Assembly: GCA_964460475.1 (NCBI GenBank)
Contig: CAYWPP010000001.1
Coordinates: 62,616-126,615, forward strand
Source of the DNA: an uncultured Candidatus Peribacteria bacterium
GTDB taxonomy: Bacteria; Patescibacteriota; Gracilibacteria; Peribacterales; Peribacteraceae
Reading direction: 5' to 3'
Length of the DNA: 64,000 nucleotides
A model generated the notes under the pieces. That model worked only from the letters and a program-made list of their open reading frames with translations. It made no database searches and was not told where the DNA came from. This document shows, piece after piece, positions 45,060-52,318 of this stretch. Both the position numbers and the translations under genes were made by a program. Each line of letters starts with the position of its first letter. The first letter of the stretch is position 1.

Positions 45060-45827
45060 ATGGATAGTGAAATGATCCCCCATCTCGTCATCGCCTGCCT
45101 TGTGGCGGTCGCCGGTCTCGCTTTCGGGAGCTTCGGCAACGTCCTGCTCGTTCGATTTGCGGAAGGGAGCGATGTCGGCGGACGCTCACGTTGTCCCAAG
45201 TGTCACCATGTCCTTGCCTGGCACGACCTGATTCCGGTCGTGAGCTTCCTCCTCCTACGAGGGAAATGCCGATACTGCCCCCAGGCCATTTCCCGACAGT
45301 ATCCGATCGTTGAAATCGCCAGCGCGGCTCTCTTCGTGCTCGCGTACTTCCTCTTTCCTGCCGATCCGATTCGGATGGGCGCCACGGCACTCGTCCTGTG
45401 GGGGCTGCTCCTCGTGTCGATCTACGACTACTATTACCTGCTCATCCCCGACCTCTTCACGGCGTTCGTCTTCATCGGTGCGGCGACCTTCTCCATTTCT
45501 TCCTGGTCCGTGGTCCCCGCCGCGTTCGGAAGCCTGATCGCGTTTCTATGGTTCGGTATCCAGTGGGCCGCCAGCAGCGGACGCTTCGTCGGAAGCGGAG
45601 ATATTCTCATCGCCGCAAGCCTCGGTTTCTGGCTGGGTATCCGCGGCACCATCACGATGCTCTTCCTCAGTTACATCATCGGCGCCGCCGTGGCGGTCGT
45701 CCTGCTCCTCCGGGGCCGCGCGGAGAAAGGATCGCATCTGCCGTTCGGTCCGTTCCTGGCCATCGGCGCGGTCCTCGCATTCCTCGGTGTCGGCGATTTC
45801 TACTTCGCGTTACTGCTTCCGCTGTAA
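45060..45827 (+). CDS. pilD: Prepilin peptidase (A24 family)
   Basis: CPKCHH...CRYCP zinc-type motif followed by multi-pass membrane helices. Confidence 0.88.
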   Translation: MDSEMIPHLVIACLVAVAGLAFGSFGNVLLVRFAEGSDVGGRSRCPKCHHVLAWHDLIPVVSFLLLRGKCRYCPQAISRQYPIVEIASAALFVLAYFLFPADPIRMGATALVLWGLLLVSIYDYYYLLIPDLFTAFVFIGAATFSISSWSVVPAAFGSLIAFLWFGIQWAASSGRFVGSGDILIAASLGFWLGIRGTITMLFLSYIIGAAVAVVLLLRGRAEKGSHLPFGPFLAIGAVLAFLGVGDFYFALLLPL

Positions 45828-45829
45828 CG

Positions 45830-45940
45830 AAAAAAAGCGGGACTAGCACGCAGAAAGCGGGTAATCCCGCTGATGTCATCCTCTCTGGCCCATCCGGGAA
45901 GGAGGGCGGACCGCCCCGAGGGGAGTCCACGATGAGGACA
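45830..45940 (-). ncRNA. Candidate small RNA of about 110 nt (unknown family)
   Basis: On the minus strand, TTGACA (45974-45969), 16 nt, TAAGAT (45952-45947). A GC-rich structured body follows, then the hairpin AGCGGG...CCCGCT and T7 (ending at 45830). No plausible ORF. Confidence 0.3.
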
Positions 45941-46055
45941 GATACTATCTTACTTTTATTTTATACTTTGTCAAATACCTCCTTTTCCATTCCGGGATGC
46001 TCCCTATCGCGTGCGAAGTTTCCACAATACTCCCGAAAGCATGCATACTGTCGGC

Positions 46056-46496
46056 ATGAAGGTCGTTGCCAAAAATTCCCGCGCACGTTTCGACTTTGAG
46101 GTCATAGACACGGTCGAAGCCGGCATCCTGCTCACGGGGCAGGAGGTGAAGTCATGTCGCGGCGGCAACGTGCATCTCGCCGGTGCCTACGTCTCTCTCC
46201 GCGGAGGCGCACCGATGTTGAAGCAGGCGAAAATCTCACCTTACGTCTATGCGGGTCCGCAGCCGGATTATGACGAGGCGCGCGACAGGCCGCTCCTGCT
46301 TTCGAAACAGCAGATCGAAAAACTGCAGGCGGCCGAGCAGGAAAAGGGAGTCTCCATCGTGCCGTTGGAAGTCCGTGCAGGCAGACACATCAAGGTTCTT
46401 CTGGGCGTCGGACGCGGACGCAAGAAGCTCGATAAACGCCACCGCATCCGCGAGAGGGAAATCGGCAGGAAACTCAAGCGCGGCGAAGATGTCTAA
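46056..46496 (+). CDS. smpB: SsrA-binding protein
   Basis: VAKNSRARFDFEVIDTVEAGILLTGQEVKS. ATG 46056 lies 6 nt after CATACT; the ORF track extends to 46011. Confidence 0.92.
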   Translation: MKVVAKNSRARFDFEVIDTVEAGILLTGQEVKSCRGGNVHLAGAYVSLRGGAPMLKQAKISPYVYAGPQPDYDEARDRPLLLSKQQIEKLQAAEQEKGVSIVPLEVRAGRHIKVLLGVGRGRKKLDKRHRIREREIGRKLKRGEDV

Positions 46497-46566
46497 GAAA
46501 ACGCATCCTCCCTCGGTTTCCGGAATGGTAACGCCCCGGGACGGAACGTAGTATTCTCTCCTCCGT

Positions 46567-47166
46567 ATGCCACTTCTTCCCAAGCAAATTCAGCGTTCGA
46601 TCGAGGAGCTTTCCAAGCTTCCCGGCATCGGTCCCAAATCGGCGGAACGCCTGACGTTTCATCTTCTGCAGAAGTCCAAAGCATCGCCCGAGCAGTTGGG
46701 ACAGGCGCTCCTCAACCTGCGTCTGGGCATCCGCTACTGCGGCACATGCCAGATGATCACCACGGAGGAAACGTGTGCGATGTGCTGTGATTCGATGCGC
46801 GATCCGCGAACGATCCTGGTGGTCGAGAGCCCGTTGGAAGTGATCGCTTTCTCAAAGACTTCGTACAACGGCCTCTACCACGTGTTGCACGGTGTCCTCT
46901 CCCCCATCGACGGCATGGGTCCGGAGCAACTGAAGCTGAAAGAGCTCATCGATCGTTGCGAGAAGGGAGGCATCGAGGAAGTGATCATCGCGACGAATCC
47001 CGATACCGAGGGGGAAGCGACGGCGGCGTACATTCGTGAACAGGTGTCATCGTCGGTGCCGACCGTCACGCGACTCGCGCACGGTCTCCCCATGGGTGCC
47101 GACATCGAATTCGCAGACCAGATCACGCTCAAGCAGGCGATTGAGGGGAGGAGATCGCTCTCCTGA
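46567..47166 (+). CDS. recR: Recombination protein RecR
   Basis: HhH motif LPGIGPKSAERL, zinc finger CGTCQ...CAMC, and a Toprim region. Confidence 0.94.
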   Translation: MPLLPKQIQRSIEELSKLPGIGPKSAERLTFHLLQKSKASPEQLGQALLNLRLGIRYCGTCQMITTEETCAMCCDSMRDPRTILVVESPLEVIAFSKTSYNGLYHVLHGVLSPIDGMGPEQLKLKELIDRCEKGGIEEVIIATNPDTEGEATAAYIREQVSSSVPTVTRLAHGLPMGADIEFADQITLKQAIEGRRSLS

Positions 47167-47171
47167 CTTCT

Positions 47172-48686
47172 TCAGTGCCAGAACGCCCGCACGCCCGTCG
47201 TTACCATGACGAGTCCGAGTTCGTCGGCACGTGCAATGACTTCTTCATCACGAATCGATCCGCCCGGCTGAATGACCGCTGCGATGCCGGCTTTCGCCGC
47301 TTCTTCGAGTGAATCGGGGAACGGGAAGAAAGCATCGCTTGCCATGACGGCGCCCTTCGCTTTCTCGCCCGCCCGCTTCGCGGCGATCCATACCGCGTCC
47401 ACCCTGCTCGTCTGCCCCGCGCCGATGCCGACCGTCGTCAGATCCTTCACGAAGACGATGGCATTGCTCTTCGCATGTTTCACGCATAACCAGGCGAACA
47501 GAAGATCACGCGTCTGTTCCATCGTCGGCTTCTTCTTCGTCACGACGGTCAGGTCCTTCGCCTCGAGAATTTTCGTATCGAGTTCCTGCACCAGCATGCC
47601 GCAGAGAGCGGAACGGTAGACGGTGCGGCAACCGTGTCCGCTCCAGTCTCCCATCTGCATGACGCGCACGTTCGGCTTTTTCTCGAGCATCTTCAGCGCT
47701 TCCGGCTCATACGACGGCGCCAGGAGAATTTCCACGAACATTTTCTGTTCGAGTATTTTTTCCACGATTGCTTTCGTACACGGGCGGTTCATGGCGATGA
47801 TGACGCCGAACGCCGAGAGGCGATCCGCGTCGTATGCTGCCTGGAACGCTTCTTCGATGGAATCGCGCGAGGCGATGCCGCTCGGATTCGCATGTTTCAC
47901 CATCGTGACCGTCGGGAGGGAAAACTCCATCACCGTGTTCCACGCGCCGTCGGCATCCAAAAGGTTTAGGTAACTCAACTCCTTTCCCTGCTGCACCGTG
48001 AAGTGTTCTTTTTCATCCTCCTTCAATGAGAAGAAGAGCCCTTTCTGATGCGGATTTTCCCCGTAGCGCAATGCTCTTCCGTGTCCGAGGAGAATACCGC
48101 GATTTCTTCCTTCCGACAGATACTCCGTGATGAGCGCGTCGTAATGGGCGGTATGTAGAAATGCTTTCGCCGCAAGCGATCGGTTGAGTGCGCTCAGTGC
48201 GTCCGGGGATTCGAGCGCATTCGACACCCCTTCGTAGTCCTTCGGATCACAGACGACCGTCACGTGCTCATGATTCTTGGCCGCGCTGCGAAGCAGCGTC
48301 GGGCCGCCGATGTCGATCTGCTCGATGGCTTCGGTTGGCGCAATTCCTTCCTTTGCGATCGTTTCGGCAAAGGGATAGAGATTCACCGCCACGAGATCGA
48401 TGGGCTGAATCGAGAGGTCTTTCGCCTGTTTTTCATGTTCGGCATCGCCCCTGCGGAAGAGAATGCCTCCCGTCACGGCCGGGTGCATCGTCTTCACCCG
48501 CCCGGAGAAACATTCGGGAAACTTCGTGACGTCTTCCACGCCGGTGACCGCGATTTTTGCTTCTTCCAGCGCTTTTTTCGTTCCCCCCGTCGACAGAATT
48601 TCCCAACCTTTCGCCTGCAGCGTTCGGGCGAATGCAACGATTCCCGTTTTGTCGGATACCGAGAGAAGAGCTCGTTTTGGCGTCAC
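47172..48686 (-). CDS. purH: Bifunctional AICAR transformylase/IMP cyclohydrolase
   Basis: RALLSVSDKTG and full-length similarity to the PurH pattern. The GTG start lies 6 nt after TATGCT. Confidence 0.94.
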   Translation of the reverse strand: MTPKRALLSVSDKTGIVAFARTLQAKGWEILSTGGTKKALEEAKIAVTGVEDVTKFPECFSGRVKTMHPAVTGGILFRRGDAEHEKQAKDLSIQPIDLVAVNLYPFAETIAKEGIAPTEAIEQIDIGGPTLLRSAAKNHEHVTVVCDPKDYEGVSNALESPDALSALNRSLAAKAFLHTAHYDALITEYLSEGRNRGILLGHGRALRYGENPHQKGLFFSLKEDEKEHFTVQQGKELSYLNLLDADGAWNTVMEFSLPTVTMVKHANPSGIASRDSIEEAFQAAYDADRLSAFGVIIAMNRPCTKAIVEKILEQKMFVEILLAPSYEPEALKMLEKKPNVRVMQMGDWSGHGCRTVYRSALCGMLVQELDTKILEAKDLTVVTKKKPTMEQTRDLLFAWLCVKHAKSNAIVFVKDLTTVGIGAGQTSRVDAVWIAAKRAGEKAKGAVMASDAFFPFPDSLEEAAKAGIAAVIQPGGSIRDEEVIARADELGLVMVTTGVRAFWH

Positions 48687-48711
48687 GCGGGCAGCATAGC
48701 AGAGTGCCGTA

Positions 48712-48740
48712 TTGCCCTCGAAGGGGATTTCTGCTAGAAT
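48712..48740 (+). promoter_or_regulatory. Putative promoter of the pilus locus
   Basis: TTGCCC-17 nt-TAGAAT, 29 nt upstream of ATG 48770. Confidence 0.4.
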
Positions 48741-48769
48741 AAAAGGAAATTCTTATACAAACGCATCCG

Positions 48770-49258
48770 ATGCCCGATACCCCTCCCGAACAGGAATCAG
48801 CGGCAGAGACGCAGTCTTCTCCGGCTCCGGATACGCAGCCGTCTGCTCCGGATACCGCTGCTCCGGCTTCTCCGCAGCCGGAAACCGCAGGAGGCAAGAA
48901 GATTCTTATCGTGGAGGACGAGAAGCCTCTCGCTCATGCGCTCGAAATGAAACTGAAGCACGAAGGATTCGTCCCCGAGGTCGTACCGAACGGGGAAGAT
49001 GCATTGAATGCGCTCAACAACGCGACGTCGTACAGCCTCATGCTTCTGGATCTGATCATGCCGCGCGTCGACGGATTCACCGTTCTGAGCGAGATGAAAC
49101 GCCGCGGCATCAGCATTCCCCCGGTGATGGTCCTGTCGAATCTCGGGCAGGAGGAAGATCGCAAGAAGGCGAAAGAGCTGGGAGCCGTGAACTACTTCGT
49201 GAAATCCAACACGCCGATTTCGGAAATCGTTTCGGCGATTAAACAAACGCTTGCGTAA
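48770..49258 (+). CDS. Stand-alone response-regulator receiver with a Pro/Ala/Thr-rich N-terminal extension
   Basis: KKILIVEDEKP...LLDLIMPRVDG...VMVLSN...K receiver signature. No output domain. Confidence 0.85.
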   Translation: MPDTPPEQESAAETQSSPAPDTQPSAPDTAAPASPQPETAGGKKILIVEDEKPLAHALEMKLKHEGFVPEVVPNGEDALNALNNATSYSLMLLDLIMPRVDGFTVLSEMKRRGISIPPVMVLSNLGQEEDRKKAKELGAVNYFVKSNTPISEIVSAIKQTLA

Positions 49259-49262
49259 TCTC

Positions 49263-51068
49263 ATGCACCTGACGAACGAACAACTCGGCGAGATCCTCCT
49301 CAAGCAGAGTTATCTGTCCGAAGAGGAACTGAAGAAAGTTCTGCAGGAATGCTCGACGCGAAACATCGAGATGAAGCAGGTGCTCTTCGAACAGGGCCTG
49401 CTCACATCCACGCTTTTGGAAAACGCCCTTGCGGAGCACTACAAGCTGCCGCTTGCGGATCTTCTGGCCGAATCGCCCACCTCGGACGATATCGCACTTC
49501 TCCCGGAGGATTTTGCCCGATCCCACTCGCTCGTCGTCGCGAAGAAAGACGGCGACAACCTCACCGTGGCGGTGTCGGATCCGTCGATCGAGAATCTGGA
49601 AGAGTTAATCCGGCTCAACGTCGGCAGAAAGAAGTCCGTCTCGCTTCCGAAGCAGGGAGAAAAATCCAAGAAAGGTTCGCTGTGGTCTTCGGGAAAAAAC
49701 AAGCAGGAGTCCGAGAAATTCTCCGGCACGATCACGTTCCTCTACGCGCCGAAAAGCATGATCGACGCTGCGTACGTGTACTACAGAAAGCCTCTCGCCA
49801 CGCGCTTTCAGGCGATCATTGAGAGCGAAAAGCAGGTTGCGCCGGAAATCCTCGAAGAGATTTTCGAGGATGCGATGGGTTTGCGCGCTTCGGACATCCA
49901 CTTCGAACCGCAGGAGAAGGACGTGGTCGTCCGCTTCCGCGTGGACGGCGTGATGCATGAAGCGGGAAGAATTCCGAAACTGTTTTTCGAAGGCATCGTG
50001 AACAGGATCAAGATCGAAGCGAACCTGCGCATCGACGAACACTACGCGGCGCAGGACGGCGCCATCCGCTACAAGTCGAAATCGGGAGCCGCCATGGATA
50101 TCCGCGTCTCGATCGTCCCCGTGGTCGACGGCGAGAAGATCGTGATGCGCCTGCTCTCCGAGTACGTTCGCACCCTCACGCTCGCCGATCTGGGCTTCTC
50201 GGAAAAGCATCGTGCGCTCCTGCACGAAGCCTCCCACAAGCCGTTCGGCATGGTGCTCACCACCGGCCCCACCGGATCGGGAAAATCCACTACGCTCTAC
50301 GGTCTCCTGAAGATCCGCAACCGCCCCGACGTGAACATCTCCACCGTCGAAGATCCGGTCGAGTACAAAATTCCCGGCATCAACCACATTCAGGTCAATG
50401 AGAAAACCGGTCTGACATTCGCCAAGGGACTCCGCGCCCTGGTGCGCCAGGACCCGGACATCATTCTGGTCGGAGAAATCCGCGACGGTGAAACCGCGAG
50501 TATCGCCGTCAACGCGGCGCTGACGGGTCACCTTCTCTTCTCCACGCTGCATGCCAACGACTCCGCCACGGCCGTTCCCCGCCTCATCGAAATGGGCATC
50601 GAACCGTTTCTGCTGGCGTCCACCCTCGAAATCATCGTGGCGCAGCGTCTGGCCAGGCGGATCTGTTCGCAATGCAGATTCAGCTACACCATTTCCTCGG
50701 AGGAAGCGGGCACCCTCTTCAAGGGCGCCGACAGGTACTTCTCGGGAGAAGAGCACGTTCATTTCTACCGCGGCAAAGGCTGCGAGTCCTGCGGCAACAC
50801 CGGCTACCGCGGACGCATCGGCGTCTACGAGCTTCTGATCGTCAACAAGGAAATCGAGGATCTCATCATCGCACGCGCATCGAGCGCACAGATCCTTGAT
50901 CAGGCGAGGGAACAGGGAATGGAGCTTCTCTTCGATGACGGTTTGGACAAAGTGAAAGCGGGACTCACGACCATGGAGGAACTGCTGCGCATCGCGGCAC
51001 CGCCTGAGGTCGTATCCATGGAAGCACGCAGACAAGCATCGCAACCTTCCGATACTCCTCCCGCCTGA
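49263..51068 (+). CDS. pilB: Type IV pilus assembly ATPase (GspE/PilB family)
   Basis: T2SSE N-terminal domain, Walker A GPTGSGKST, and a tetracysteine motif CSQC...CESC. The ORF track extends to TTG 49251. Confidence 0.93.
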   Translation: MHLTNEQLGEILLKQSYLSEEELKKVLQECSTRNIEMKQVLFEQGLLTSTLLENALAEHYKLPLADLLAESPTSDDIALLPEDFARSHSLVVAKKDGDNLTVAVSDPSIENLEELIRLNVGRKKSVSLPKQGEKSKKGSLWSSGKNKQESEKFSGTITFLYAPKSMIDAAYVYYRKPLATRFQAIIESEKQVAPEILEEIFEDAMGLRASDIHFEPQEKDVVVRFRVDGVMHEAGRIPKLFFEGIVNRIKIEANLRIDEHYAAQDGAIRYKSKSGAAMDIRVSIVPVVDGEKIVMRLLSEYVRTLTLADLGFSEKHRALLHEASHKPFGMVLTTGPTGSGKSTTLYGLLKIRNRPDVNISTVEDPVEYKIPGINHIQVNEKTGLTFAKGLRALVRQDPDIILVGEIRDGETASIAVNAALTGHLLFSTLHANDSATAVPRLIEMGIEPFLLASTLEIIVAQRLARRICSQCRFSYTISSEEAGTLFKGADRYFSGEEHVHFYRGKGCESCGNTGYRGRIGVYELLIVNKEIEDLIIARASSAQILDQAREQGMELLFDDGLDKVKAGLTTMEELLRIAAPPEVVSMEARRQASQPSDTPPA

Positions 51069-51180
51069 CGTGTTTTCCTTCTCGTTCCATCGCCGGGTTC
51101 CGGCCGCACCGACCCCCGCGGCACCGTCGGCTCAGACTTCGCCTTCCGCGCAGTCCGTCCCATCCGCCGGCAAGAACGCC

Positions 51181-52302
51181 ATGCCGAAGAAGAAAGTCGT
51201 AAAGAAGAAGAAAGCGGAGTCCGGTTTCTCCGGTTTCCTTTCTTCCCTCAATCACATCGGTCTGGGGAAGGAATGCGTGAACTTCATTCAGAACATCGCG
51301 ATTCTGCTCAATGCGGGACTGAATATCACGGAAGCGCTTTCCACGATTCAGCTGGAAACAAAAGTCAAATCCATGAAGAAAATCATCAAGGCCATCATGG
51401 AAGACGTCGCAAACGGAAGCGCTTTCTGGCGCGCGATGGAGAAGCAGCACCTCTTCTCGCCGTACACGCTCGCGATGATTCGTATCGGCGAAGAAGCCGG
51501 ATCGCTTGCGAAGAATATGGAATACCTCGCAACGCAGCAGGAGAAGGACCGATCGCTCCGTCAAAAAGTAAAGATGGCGATGATCTACCCCTCCATCGTG
51601 CTGACACTCACGTTCATCATCACTCTCGGTCTCGCATGGTTCGTGCTGCCGAAGCTCGTGCAGGTTCTGCTTTCACTGGATGCCGAACTTCCGCTGGTGA
51701 CGCGTGCGATCATCTGGATCGCCAACTTCTTCAGCGAGCACGGCTCGGTCGCCGTTCCGCTCTTCCTCCTCTTCGCCGTCTTCGTGGTGCTGATCTGCAA
51801 ATTCACCGCTCTCCGGGGGCCGGCGCAGCAACTCGTCTTTCGTCTTCCGGGTATCGGATCGCTCGCACGGCAGGCAACCATCGCCCGCTTCGGCGTGATT
51901 CTCGGCAGCTTGCTACATGCAGGTGTTCCGCTTCTGGAAGCGCTTCGATCGCTCGCCGATGTAACGACCATCGTCTCGTATCAGAAGTTCTATCGCCGCC
52001 TGGCCAAGGAAGTGGAAATGGGGCAATCCTTCGGCAAGGCGTTTCACTCGATTCGGGAGACTCCTTCGTTGCTTCCCGTTTCCGTCCAGCAACTCGTCGT
52101 AACCGGCGAAAAATCAGGATCGCTCGCCGACATGCTGATGAAGATCTCCGAAATCTACGACAAGAAAGCCGAAGAAACGGCCCATAAACTTCCCGTGATT
52201 CTGGAGCCGCTGCTTCTCTTTTTCATCGGAGGCATCGTCGGAACCGTCGCATTTGCTATCATTGTTCCCATCTACTCCATCGTTGGGTCGATAGGACGCT
52301 AA
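51181..52302 (+). CDS. pilC: Type IV pilus platform protein (GspF/PilC family)
   Basis: Two T2SSF repeats and three TM segments. Alternative GTG start is at 51070. Confidence 0.9.
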   Translation: MPKKKVVKKKKAESGFSGFLSSLNHIGLGKECVNFIQNIAILLNAGLNITEALSTIQLETKVKSMKKIIKAIMEDVANGSAFWRAMEKQHLFSPYTLAMIRIGEEAGSLAKNMEYLATQQEKDRSLRQKVKMAMIYPSIVLTLTFIITLGLAWFVLPKLVQVLLSLDAELPLVTRAIIWIANFFSEHGSVAVPLFLLFAVFVVLICKFTALRGPAQQLVFRLPGIGSLARQATIARFGVILGSLLHAGVPLLEALRSLADVTTIVSYQKFYRRLAKEVEMGQSFGKAFHSIRETPSLLPVSVQQLVVTGEKSGSLADMLMKISEIYDKKAEETAHKLPVILEPLLLFFIGGIVGTVAFAIIVPIYSIVGSIGR

Positions 52303-52318
52303 CTTTCCCCCCCTTCCC

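Noticed and set aside
45870-45915. Plus-strand sequence CCAUCCGGGAAGGAGGGCGGACC, which resembles the SRP (4.5S) RNA helix-8 motif GUCCGGAAGGAAGCAGCC.
   Set aside because: It has an extra base in the loop, lacks the conserved AGCA internal-loop residues, and has no pairing partner strand. There is also no plus-strand promoter or terminator. It is kept only as part of the unassigned minus-strand sRNA candidate.
48687-48769. A ZTP (pfl) riboswitch was expected upstream of purH.
   Set aside because: Only 6 nt separate a -10-like TATGCT from the GTG start. No GGGUCGUGACUGGCG...CCGCCUGGGCA-like sequence is present on the minus strand.
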